Below are positions 37,826 to 46,367 of a stretch of DNA of 64,000 nucleotides, in pieces (the stretch's first letter is position 1; each line of letters starts with the position of its first letter). The notes beneath the pieces were generated by a model. It was not told the DNA's origin. It saw only the letters and a program-made list of their open reading frames with translations, and did no database searches. The translations under genes were made by a program, and so were the position numbers. Source of the stretch: a virus. The DNA is taken from IMG/VR virus record IMGVR_UViG_3300017963_007659, positions 64,001 to 128,000 of that record. One strand, 5' to 3'.

Positions 37826-39619
37826 ATGCGCAAGGTTACAGCCCTTCGCACCCTGAACAGGAAAGCAACCTTGACAAACTCTCCCGTCCCTTCTGTGGAT
37901 AATATAACCACGAAAACGAAGCTCAACAGCTCAGAACAGAGCACTCTCATACGAGAGATGGAGCAATGGTTCGATGTCGGAGCGGCGATTCTAGGTGTCC
38001 GAAGGACCAAAGTCCCATGCAAGGGTATCCCTTGGCGCAACCGCTCAGACGGTATTGGCTACACAGAGGAGGAGCTGTTCACTCGTATCCTCCACAACGA
38101 TGCTTCCGGCATAGCCCTCATCTGCGGTCCGACGTCAGGAATCGTAGGGATTGGCTGCGACACCATGGAAGGCGGGGAGCTGCTCCGGTCAGTCCTCCGT
38201 AACGGAGGTATCAACGCCATATCCTACAAGAGTGGGAAGGGTATACACTTCCTCTTCAAGAATACCTCCAGCCTCCCTCACACGTGCGCGAAGATCCTTC
38301 CCACCTACGGAGAGGTCGACATCCGAAGCGCTGACAGAGGCTACCTCATCCTGCCAGGATCGCTTCATCCATCAGGAGCCCTCTACGAATGGCTTGACCC
38401 CCCTCGCTTCAATCACGAAGGCAAGCTCTACCTTCCGGATGTCCCTTCTTGGCTGCTGACAGAGATCTACAACGGGAAGCACAAGAAGAAGATCTACAAG
38501 AATGAGGATGGTGACTACGATGGAGATCACCACTGGTGTAAGGAACACGAATGCAACGACCATCCCTCACTAGACCCAACAGAAGCTCTTCCACCCAGAA
38601 TCCGCAAAGGCTTCTTCATGAAGCTCTTCCGCTTCACCCTACCGAAGCAGCGCTGGGAGAAGTTCACGAAGCACCCCGCAGCCGTCGACTGGATCATCCC
38701 AGGAGAGCCAATACGAGAAGGCGAGCGCTACTACGCTGAGCGCGCTATCGGAGGTCTCGTCGCGACTTGCTACGCCAACACGACCGTCGCCATCCGTCTC
38801 CTGGAGACCTTCCGCTACGTCTACATCCCTACAAGAAGAGACCGCGAAGAGGAGATGGAGATCAACCGCTACGTCGAGAGACTTTGCCGTGAAGCTCAAG
38901 ACTCCCAATCCAATCGTGACTACAAGCATGAACCGCCCGACCCCAAGAAAGACCCCGAAGGATACGACCGATTCTGGTATAATGTTGACCGACGCAACGG
39001 TTATCTGGAGTCACTTGTCGTTGAATTCCATGAGAAGAAGATATGCCACAAACTGTATGGAGAAGCCCTTTCTGCTGAGGATTATGTACGTTTTTTGTTG
39101 TTGACTTTTAGATCCCGCCTCATTTATGTGAGTGTTTGGGGTAATAGCAAGCTCCGTACCATCTATGACTCTCTTCTTCTTCAAGAAGGTACTTCCTCTT
39201 CCTACTACACTCCATCTTCTCCCTCAGCTTCTTCTAACCGTGAGTATGCTACCTACAAGAAACATCAAGAACTCTTTGGTAGTGGTGCCTATGAGAAGCC
39301 TACGGCGAGTATAAGGGACCTTGCTTTGAGGACTACAAGTAAGAAGAAGTCGAGGAGAGAGAAGATACTAGCTAGGCAAGCTACGGAGCTACATAAGGCG
39401 CAGCGTGAGAGGAAGCGAAGATCCACACGACCTCCGAAGTTCCATAGCTCTCCTCCTGGGATGCATCTAGATCCTGGTAGCGTAGAGAAAGCTAGTAAAA
39501 GACACTTAGACATGATTCTTGTAGGGCAAGGTGAACTCACTTCATCTGGAGAGGGAAATGTCGTTGGACAAAGTCAAGTGACTTTATTGGGAGCTGAGAG
39601 CAAAGTCACAGGACTTTGA
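37826..39619 (+). CDS. bifunctional primase/polymerase (Prim-Pol) N-terminal domain protein with PriCT-like region; DxD motif degenerate
   Basis: GIALICGPTSGIVGIGCD, SGKGIHFLF, EVDIRS...LILPGSLHPSGALYEW, I.EGERY; start uncertain (37826 or 37958). Confidence 0.8.
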   Translation: MRKVTALRTLNRKATLTNSPVPSVDNITTKTKLNSSEQSTLIREMEQWFDVGAAILGVRRTKVPCKGIPWRNRSDGIGYTEEELFTRILHNDASGIALICGPTSGIVGIGCDTMEGGELLRSVLRNGGINAISYKSGKGIHFLFKNTSSLPHTCAKILPTYGEVDIRSADRGYLILPGSLHPSGALYEWLDPPRFNHEGKLYLPDVPSWLLTEIYNGKHKKKIYKNEDGDYDGDHHWCKEHECNDHPSLDPTEALPPRIRKGFFMKLFRFTLPKQRWEKFTKHPAAVDWIIPGEPIREGERYYAERAIGGLVATCYANTTVAIRLLETFRYVYIPTRRDREEEMEINRYVERLCREAQDSQSNRDYKHEPPDPKKDPEGYDRFWYNVDRRNGYLESLVVEFHEKKICHKLYGEALSAEDYVRFLLLTFRSRLIYVSVWGNSKLRTIYDSLLLQEGTSSSYYTPSSPSASSNREYATYKKHQELFGSGAYEKPTASIRDLALRTTSKKKSRREKILARQATELHKAQRERKRRSTRPPKFHSSPPGMHLDPGSVEKASKRHLDMILVGQGELTSSGEGNVVGQSQVTLLGAESKVTGL

Positions 39620-39669
39620 AAGTCAACTGACTACGGTACTTGTAGTCAGCTGGCTATGTGAGGATGTAG

Positions 39670-39915
39670 ATGGACCTGGAGATTCTTGTAGTAGGTGGCT
39701 GTGCTTCTGTCCTGGCTATCACGGTCATGATGGTGGTGGTATTGATTCTTGTAGGGCTGTGTCTTCGCACGCTGCGGGAGATCCTGAAGCTGAACGAGCA
39801 GCACTATGGGACGGTGACGCAGTACGAAGACTTGAAGCTGAAGGAGTTCGGCAGCTTCAAGAAAGAGACACTAAACGAGCTAAGCAACATAGACTTCCAC
39901 GTCCGGACGAAGTAG
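39670..39915 (+). CDS. small membrane protein
   Basis: N-terminal hydrophobic run of about 28 aa. Confidence 0.6.
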   Translation: MDLEILVVGGCASVLAITVMMVVVLILVGLCLRTLREILKLNEQHYGTVTQYEDLKLKEFGSFKKETLNELSNIDFHVRTK

Positions 39916-39935
39916 GAGATTCTTGTAGCGGCTGA

Positions 39936-40220
39936 TTACTTCCAGAGTACAGCCATTAGTGTGTTGCCCTTGTGCTGCTCGATACAGAATATAGGCTTGC
40001 AATCACAGGTCTCACACCAGAAGTGTACCAGGATGCCGTTTCGACGCTCACTTGGGTTGTTCCGGATATCCCCGTTCTGAGTGACCTCTGTCTCCTCACC
40101 ATCTTCAGTGGTTACGATGACGTGAACACCTTCTGTGGAGTCTTCGATCGTTCGGTTGAAGACCTCGACTTTGAAGTGGTGGAGATAGTCCCCCTCGCAT
40201 TCTGGGCATTGTAGAAGCAT
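39936..40220 (-). CDS. small zinc-binding phage protein
   Basis: CPEC..YLHH...NPS.RRNG...FWCETC...QHKGNT; ATG after GGAG. Confidence 0.65.
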   Translation of the reverse strand: MLLQCPECEGDYLHHFKVEVFNRTIEDSTEGVHVIVTTEDGEETEVTQNGDIRNNPSERRNGILVHFWCETCDCKPIFCIEQHKGNTLMAVLWK

Positions 40221-40296
40221 CAGTTTCTCCTTCAAGTTTGATTTCTTCAGCTATACTACTTTGACTAAGTTTTCTTGTAGTTAGAGATAACCTCTA

Positions 40297-40542
40297 CTAT
40301 CCGAATCGCAGCGTCTTCGTCGTGTGGTCGAGGACTACACGTCCACCCCATGAGTCCATGTCTTCAAGAGTCGGCTTCGGTGGCACCCGTCGATTCCCCG
40401 CGTTTCTTGGGTCCATCCTGTACGCATCGGAGAACAGGGAGCATACGAGCCCTCCGATATACTCACCTCTGGTGACGGACTTGCTGATCTTCTCACTCAT
40501 TCTTGTAGTAGCCTTTTCAACCTCTGCCTTGCTTCGTTTCAT
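40297..40542 (-). CDS. hypothetical protein
   Basis: ATG after AGGAGG. Confidence 0.55.
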   Translation of the reverse strand: MKRSKAEVEKATTRMSEKISKSVTRGEYIGGLVCSLFSDAYRMDPRNAGNRRVPPKPTLEDMDSWGGRVVLDHTTKTLRFG

Positions 40543-40699
40543 CCTGTCCTCCTGCCTCCCTAATCGCATGACGCACGGAAAAGCGGAAATGTGACAAGAA
40601 AAATTCTTGCCCCACTCTCTACCACGGATCTCTTGAGCGAAGTGTGCGCGAGAAAAGTCAACGAAAGTTAGTCAAGGTAGGGTAAGGAGATCTGAGCCT

Positions 40700-40930
40700 A
40701 TGTCTTTGGATAAGTTCCCCTGCCGTCTGACCAAGTATGGGTTCCGTTGGGGACCTGTAGAGATCGAACGGAGGTACTCCCATCCGAACAAGGGAGCGAA
40801 GAGGGCTGTGTGGATACGCTTGAAGACGGCTCGTCAGGAGCTGACTGTGCACATCACTCCTACTGGTTTCATTCGGATTGGCGATGGGCCTCAGAAGATC
40901 GTCAAGCCCAAGGCTGTACCGAAGAAGTAG
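40700..40930 (+). CDS. hypothetical protein
   Basis: Motif variant TAGTCAAGGTA and AGGAG upstream. Confidence 0.6.
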   Translation: MSLDKFPCRLTKYGFRWGPVEIERRYSHPNKGAKRAVWIRLKTARQELTVHITPTGFIRIGDGPQKIVKPKAVPKK

Positions 40931-40946
40931 AGAAGAGGTTGGTACG

Positions 40947-41312
40947 ATGACAGAAGGATTGTTGCTGGAGGCGCTGGCTTCATATCTTGAGGAGCGCGGT
41001 ATTTTTCATAGCCAGGGTGTCTTTCTGGAGATGATCGATGCGGAGATCGAGCGCGTTCAAAAGTCTTTCAGGATTACTCCTGAAAAGAAGAAGGCAGAGA
41101 AGACGTCTCCGAAGAAGGAGAAGATGACGATTGTGACTCTCGACGGTCGTATCATGAACCCAGGAGAAGACGGAGACTACGTCTTGGATGACGAGGGTGT
41201 GCCACGCTTCAAGAATCAACGCCTCCACTATGACACCGTTGTGCAGGTCATCTGTCCCTCCGAGGATAGCCGTCGTGTCTACATCGGGAATCTTGTAGCG
41301 GAAGAGCCGTAG
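40947..41312 (+). CDS. hypothetical protein
   Basis: ATG 40947 in an operon. Confidence 0.55.
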   Translation: MTEGLLLEALASYLEERGIFHSQGVFLEMIDAEIERVQKSFRITPEKKKAEKTSPKKEKMTIVTLDGRIMNPGEDGDYVLDDEGVPRFKNQRLHYDTVVQVICPSEDSRRVYIGNLVAEEP

Positions 41313-41630
41313 ATGCTAGCCTACAAGCTCTTTCGTGTCCGGAAGAAAGGGACTCTCGGGTCTCTCTTTATCAACAGGCGAGCTGTGCTCCCCTTGGGAC
41401 AGTGGATGGAAGCGGAAGCTCATGAGACCAAAGGCTATGCCTACCGTCCTGGGTGGCACGCTCTGGCGAAGCCTGTAGCGCCTCATCTTAGTCTGAAGGG
41501 AAGAGAGTGGTACCAGGTCGAGATCGACGACTACGAGGAGCACACGCGCCCTGAGAGCCAAGGTGGGAAGTGGTTCGTGGCTCAACGCCTGAAGATCCTT
41601 GGGAAGGTGCCTGATACAGAATTTTCTTGA
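41313..41630 (+). CDS. conserved-type phage protein
   Basis: AYKLFR..K.G.L.SLFIN...KGYAYRPGWH...PHL...RPESQGG.W. Confidence 0.7.
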   Translation: MLAYKLFRVRKKGTLGSLFINRRAVLPLGQWMEAEAHETKGYAYRPGWHALAKPVAPHLSLKGREWYQVEIDDYEEHTRPESQGGKWFVAQRLKILGKVPDTEFS

Positions 41631-41655
41631 CATAGGGGACGGATTCTTGTAGTGT
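41627..41655 (+). promoter_or_regulatory. sigma70-type early promoter
   Basis: TTGACA-17-TAGTGT with GATTCTTG. Confidence 0.8.
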
Positions 41656-41678
41656 GGTTCTAGTTGGAGGGAAGAAAC

Positions 41679-42113
41679 ATGCTCGCACAAGAATTCGAGA
41701 TGACGGTACGCGCAATTCAGACAGGTCAGCTTTCAACTGAAGACCCCAAGACGTGTGCTTGTCGTGGTGGCGGCTGGATTCTCACCGACTTCGATACTTG
41801 GCATGAGTGCCCTCTTCATCACCGCAAGGGCATGGCACACCCCGAAGACTGTTATCCGACTCCGTGGCTTCGAGTCACCGTTGAACACACGGACGGTTCT
41901 CCGTACTCGGGAGTTATTGGCTTCGAGCCTGATGGAGACAGAATTGAGAACAACGGTCCTCTTTACAACCTTCCTGAGACTGAGAAAGACGACCTAGAGA
42001 AGGCTCGTGGCGTAGCTCGTCGTCTCCGTGACCAGATTGGTCGCTACCAGGCTAAGGGCTACATCGCGGCGAAAGACATTCGTGTTCGTCTGGCGCGAGT
42101 GTGGGTCGATTGA
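41679..42113 (+). CDS. early protein with Cys/His cluster
   Basis: CACRGGGW...WHECPLH; GGAGG RBS. Confidence 0.65.
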   Translation: MLAQEFEMTVRAIQTGQLSTEDPKTCACRGGGWILTDFDTWHECPLHHRKGMAHPEDCYPTPWLRVTVEHTDGSPYSGVIGFEPDGDRIENNGPLYNLPETEKDDLEKARGVARRLRDQIGRYQAKGYIAAKDIRVRLARVWVD

Positions 42114-42116
42114 GGG

Positions 42117-42145
42117 TTGACAGGGGTAGGGGATTCTGGTAGTGT
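42117..42145 (+). promoter_or_regulatory. sigma70-type early promoter
   Basis: TTGACA-17-TAGTGT. Confidence 0.8.
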
Positions 42146-42162
42146 GGTTCTAGTTGGAGGGC

Positions 42163-42507
42163 ATGATGGATAACATGGTCAGAAACGAGTACGGAGTCTG
42201 CGAATCGAATCCTCTTCCAGAAGGGTTCCACGACGAAGATTGTGTGGCTATCGTTCCTTGGGACTACGCTGAGCTGGCGAAGGTCACCCGATTCCGCCTC
42301 ATTTCGGACCCTGGATTCCCGATGTGGGACGTGAGCTACTGCATCGGACGTCTCCGCAATGGAGACAAAGTGTACGTTCAGCTTCCCTTCGGTCAGCTCT
42401 CGAAGAGGCGCTGGAAGACCGACTTGATTCATTATGCCAAGGCTGATGGCGTCTACGCCAAGCGGCTGGGCTTCTTCAACGCCGACGTCGTTTCCGCTCT
42501 CATCTGA
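42163..42507 (+). CDS. small early protein
   Basis: ATG after GGAGG; RFRLISDPGFPMWDVSYC. Confidence 0.65.
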   Translation: MMDNMVRNEYGVCESNPLPEGFHDEDCVAIVPWDYAELAKVTRFRLISDPGFPMWDVSYCIGRLRNGDKVYVQLPFGQLSKRRWKTDLIHYAKADGVYAKRLGFFNADVVSALI

Positions 42508-42517
42508 CTCTCTCCTC

Positions 42518-42584
42518 AGAAAGTTGTTGACAGTAGGTAGGGGATTCTGGTAGTGTGATCTCAGTTGGTTGGAGGAAAGCATGT
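42518..42584 (+). repeat. promoter-RBS cassette repeat copy 1 (TTGACA-18-TAGTGT)
   Basis: About 66 bp, near-identical to 42918-42983. Confidence 0.85.
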
Positions 42585-42919
42585 ACCAAGGAAATTCCCA
42601 GTGTCGTTACCAGAAAATGTACCAGGACATGGAAAGCTTCGATGGCAACCTTCGGAATCTCTCACGTCGTGCTCTGGAGATGATCTCTGACCGCCATCCC
42701 GATTGGGAGGCTTGGGCTAAGGCACAGAAGCTTTCTAATGAGGCTATGTCCATAACCTCCAGTCTCGCGGGGATTGTCCTTCATGTCGGGTCTGACGCCA
42801 ATCTTCAATTTGTCTACAGCAGTGTAGATAAGTCGTTCGAGGAATGCTGTGCAATGCAGCGAGAAATCGAAGAGAGTCTGAAGTCATCTGGGCTGCTCTT
42901 GCCTCAAGACCTACCGTAG
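42581..42919 (+). CDS. small early protein
   Basis: ATG at the end of the cassette. Confidence 0.65.
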   Translation: MYQGNSQCRYQKMYQDMESFDGNLRNLSRRALEMISDRHPDWEAWAKAQKLSNEAMSITSSLAGIVLHVGSDANLQFVYSSVDKSFEECCAMQREIEESLKSSGLLLPQDLP

Positions 42920-42983
42920 AAAGTTGTTGACAAGGGTAGGGGATTCTGGTAGTGTGATCTCAGTTGGTTGGAGGAAAGCATGT
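42918..42983 (+). repeat. promoter-RBS cassette repeat copy 2 (TTGACA-17-TAGTGT)
   Basis: AGAAAGTTGTTGACA...GGGATTCTGGTAGTGTGATCTCAGTTGGTTGGAGGAAAGCATGT. Confidence 0.85.
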
Positions 42984-43294
42984 CGAACGAAAGTCTCCTA
43001 GCTCTTCACTACGCGCAGATGGCTCAAGAGATCGAAGACGACCAGGCGAAGATCAGCAAGGATGACTTTGACCTTGTAGTCGACTGCACACACTGGAGTG
43101 GTAAGCGCCGACACAAGCTGTCGGACGAGGACATGTTCCGTGTCTGGACGACGGCTAACGGCTTCGGCAAAGTCACCATCGAATACATCGCGGAGAAGCT
43201 GGAGTGGGACTGGTCGCATATCCGCGACTCAGATTCCACGGCGATTGCTGCGATAGCGACCTATCTGCGGGAGCAGGGATGCGACCGTCTGTAG
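42980..43294 (+). CDS. small early protein
   Basis: ATG at the end of the cassette; WSHIRDS. Confidence 0.65.
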   Translation: MSNESLLALHYAQMAQEIEDDQAKISKDDFDLVVDCTHWSGKRRHKLSDEDMFRVWTTANGFGKVTIEYIAEKLEWDWSHIRDSDSTAIAAIATYLREQGCDRL

Positions 43295-43306
43295 AAAGGA
43301 GATGCC

Positions 43307-43840
43307 TTGAAACCTATTGAGACACTACTGCATTGCACGATGAAGAGGGACTACGTTGTTGGGCTCTCTCGTCAGAAAGTCCATACCGTGTGCCCTGGTA
43401 TTGTCCCCGGCAAGCCGTGGGCGAGTTTGCTAACTGCTGCTCTCCTTTGTGTAGTCTCAGTTTTCCATATCTTCCACATGGTTGCGGAGAATGAAGAAGG
43501 TGCTCTACAAGCCTTGTTCTTGGTAGGTATCATTTCTCTCGCTGCCTTCAATGTTGACTCGTTTTTCCTAGGTCTTCAGTGGAAGCTGCGCGAGAAGGTA
43601 GGAGCCAACGAAACCTGCAAGGTTATCGTGCATTTGGAAGACGGTGACGAGAGGACGTTCTCCTTCAGATCGGAGAACATCTGTGACGTAGCGTATGAGA
43701 ACCTCGCTGATGCGTTCGAGTCACAGTCTGAAGCTCGGAAAGACTATATCGAGTTCGATTACTACTCCTACCTACGAGACCAAGAAGCGGAAGAAGCAGA
43801 AGCGGCTGTGATTGCTGCTCAAGCCAAAGACCCCTCCTGA
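43307..43840 (+). CDS. membrane protein (two predicted TM segments)
   Basis: Hydrophobic stretches ASLLTAALLCVVSVFHIF and ALFLVGIISLAAF. Confidence 0.55.
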   Translation: MKPIETLLHCTMKRDYVVGLSRQKVHTVCPGIVPGKPWASLLTAALLCVVSVFHIFHMVAENEEGALQALFLVGIISLAAFNVDSFFLGLQWKLREKVGANETCKVIVHLEDGDERTFSFRSENICDVAYENLADAFESQSEARKDYIEFDYYSYLRDQEAEEAEAAVIAAQAKDPS

Positions 43841-43873
43841 AAATCTAGTCAAAGTATCCTACAAGGAGTTCCT

Positions 43874-44236
43874 ATGAGCGATGAAAACGACCGAGTGCTG
43901 TACGTTCTGTTGTACAGTGGAGAAGTCACACTGGTATCTCCAGACCGTGAACACACCATAGATGAAGCTAACTTTTCCGTCAACGAAAGGATCGGCGATC
44001 ACTGGCGGCACGACCTTCCCTTGGAGGCCACAGAGAAGCTATGTCGGGAGATAGATGTAGAGGTGCATACGCTCAATGCGGAGAGCCGGATGGAGCTTCC
44101 TTTTCAAGAATGGGTTGACACCTACTACCGCGAGATGAAGGAAAACGAGGGGAAGCAGGAGGAGCGCGACTACAAGCGTTACCTGGAGCTGCATGAGCGA
44201 TTCAAGGCTCGTCGCCGCGCGGAGAAATCGCAGTAA
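43874..44236 (+). CDS. hypothetical protein
   Basis: Motif and AGGAG upstream. Confidence 0.6.
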   Translation: MSDENDRVLYVLLYSGEVTLVSPDREHTIDEANFSVNERIGDHWRHDLPLEATEKLCREIDVEVHTLNAESRMELPFQEWVDTYYREMKENEGKQEERDYKRYLELHERFKARRRAEKSQ

Positions 44237-44284
44237 TACGGGGTTACGTGTAGGTGGGACTCTCACCTTACCAAGGAGCATCGC

Positions 44285-45997
44285 GTGCCCTATCTACCCG
44301 AAGATTTTGAATTTACCGCATGGTCTGATGCTGAGGAATACTACCAGGACCTCGAATCCAGGAAGATCACCAACGTCGACCGTGCAATTCAATGGCTTCA
44401 AGATTGGGGAGAAGTCCGTGAGCATCTGGATTGCTACTACGATGATCTGTACCTCCGTATCCACCTCGATACCACGGACGAGGATGCTAAGAAGGCGTAC
44501 CACACATACAACGAGGACATCTCTCAGAAGGAGTCTGAGTGGAACAACAATCTGTGTAAAAAGCTTCTTGGACTCTCGTTTCTCGCCGACATAGCGAAGA
44601 TACCTGGCTATGACATCATCATTAAGAGCATGCAGGTCGCCGCAGCTCTCTTCAATGAGGAAGCGTTGATCATAGGTGGGGAGGAAGATACCGAAGCCTC
44701 AAAGTCCTCGGAGTTGCATAGCTCGTTGACGCTCCGCTTCAAAGGAAAGGTGCTCACTCTGGACGCTGGGATGTCTCACCTGGACTCCAAGGACCGTTCT
44801 GTTCGTGAAGAGGTTTACAGGAAGGTCGCTGCTGCTCGGAAGAGTGTCCAAGAACCTCTCAACGAGCTGATGACCTCCCTCATCGAAAAGCGTGTCAAGA
44901 TCGCCAAGTTGTGCGGGCACGATGACTACCCTCAGTACAACTTCTTGGATCGACGACGCCTCGACTACGGAAGGGAAGATTGCTACGCCTTCCACGCTGC
45001 GGTGCAGAAAGAGGTCAAGCCTGTCTACAACAAGATCCATGAGTTGAAGCGCCAACGACTTGGGGTAGACACCTTTCGACCATGGGACCTCCACTGTGAT
45101 GCTTATGGTGACGAGAGGATCATCCCCTACAAAGACATCCCAGACCTGTACACGCGCGTCTACCACATGCTGCGAGAGATCGACGAGGAAGCTGCTCGAC
45201 GCTTCGTACAGCTCGAAGCCAATGACAGACTCGACCTGGAGTCTCGCCCCAAGAAAGCCCCTGTAGGCTTCCAGACGACCTCCTTGTCGAAGAAGCTACC
45301 CTTCATCTTCCTGAGTTGCGCTCAAGCCCTGGAGGACCTCTCCTCGGTCGTACATGAGATAGGGCATGCCCTCCACTCCTTCAAGATGTATCCCTTAGAG
45401 GTGTACAACTGGAAGATCCCTACCAGCGAAGTTGACGAGCTGGCTTCTACGACGATGGAGATGCTCGTCCTGGATCATCTGGAGACCTTCTTCGATGGAC
45501 GAGATGACGCCAAGAGGGCAGCCAAACGAATCAAACTTGCCTCCTTGGATGAGATCTGTCGTCTGCTGACGTGGGTATCGTGCATAGACCGCTTCCAATT
45601 CTTCCTGTATGACTTCCCCGACGCTACACCAGAAGACAGAGATGCGAAGTGGATGGACATCATGGACCGGTACGATTCCGATGTCATTCAGTGGGGAGAC
45701 TTGGAGTGGTATAGGAGTCTCCTGTGGCAGAGACAGAGCCACATCTTCGAGAACCCCTTCTACTATATCGAGTACGGGATCTCTCAGCTCGGAGCCCTCT
45801 CCGTCTGGAAGCGCTACAAGAATGACCCAGAAGAGGCGATAGCTTGCTACAAGAAGGCGTTGTCTCTCGGCTACAGTAGAAGCGTCCCGGAAATCTATGC
45901 AACGGCTGGAGCCCCCTTCGACTGGAGCCCCGAGAGGTTCCGCGACCTTATGCAGTTCGTTTTGGATGAGTACAAAGAGACAGCTAAAGGATTGTAA
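44285..45997 (+). CDS. pepF: M3B-family oligoendopeptidase F
   Basis: HEIGHALH, ELASTTME, HIF.NPFYYIEYGISQLGAL, FRPWD, RPKKAPVGF. Confidence 0.9.
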   Translation: MPYLPEDFEFTAWSDAEEYYQDLESRKITNVDRAIQWLQDWGEVREHLDCYYDDLYLRIHLDTTDEDAKKAYHTYNEDISQKESEWNNNLCKKLLGLSFLADIAKIPGYDIIIKSMQVAAALFNEEALIIGGEEDTEASKSSELHSSLTLRFKGKVLTLDAGMSHLDSKDRSVREEVYRKVAAARKSVQEPLNELMTSLIEKRVKIAKLCGHDDYPQYNFLDRRRLDYGREDCYAFHAAVQKEVKPVYNKIHELKRQRLGVDTFRPWDLHCDAYGDERIIPYKDIPDLYTRVYHMLREIDEEAARRFVQLEANDRLDLESRPKKAPVGFQTTSLSKKLPFIFLSCAQALEDLSSVVHEIGHALHSFKMYPLEVYNWKIPTSEVDELASTTMEMLVLDHLETFFDGRDDAKRAAKRIKLASLDEICRLLTWVSCIDRFQFFLYDFPDATPEDRDAKWMDIMDRYDSDVIQWGDLEWYRSLLWQRQSHIFENPFYYIEYGISQLGALSVWKRYKNDPEEAIACYKKALSLGYSRSVPEIYATAGAPFDWSPERFRDLMQFVLDEYKETAKGL

Positions 45998-46000
45998 CTT

Positions 46001-46366
46001 ATGGCTAAAGCTAAGCTCTACAAGAAGAAAGAGACCATCCTACAGAAGAAGATCACACATACCATCCAACTTGATACTGTGATGAATGAACTTGTTCGCC
46101 GTATGAAGGAAGGCAACTTCAAGTTGGAGATAGAGAATACAAAGAAGTCCAGTGGGTCCACGTCCACACTAGACCTCCATCTGTGTATTGGAAGAGACCC
46201 TAATCTTCGGGTGGGTGGTCCTATCGTTCGGCTCACGACGGACTTGAGCGGAGATGACATCGCGAAGCTGCTTGGAACTGAGGAGATCGTCGCCGACTGC
46301 ACGAGTGCTGATGTTCTCTGCGACGATAGGGACATCGTTATCACGAAGCTCGTCAGTGAGGAATGA
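46001..46366 (+). CDS. hypothetical protein
   Basis: 121 aa in an operon. Confidence 0.55.
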   Translation: MAKAKLYKKKETILQKKITHTIQLDTVMNELVRRMKEGNFKLEIENTKKSSGSTSTLDLHLCIGRDPNLRVGGPIVRLTTDLSGDDIAKLLGTEEIVADCTSADVLCDDRDIVITKLVSEE

Positions 46367-46367
46367 C

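Noticed and set aside
41627-43000. Repeats separated by 350-490 bp as a CRISPR array or integron attC array
   Set aside because: The spacers are whole ORFs, the repeats are promoter plus RBS and not palindromic, and no cas or intI gene is present.
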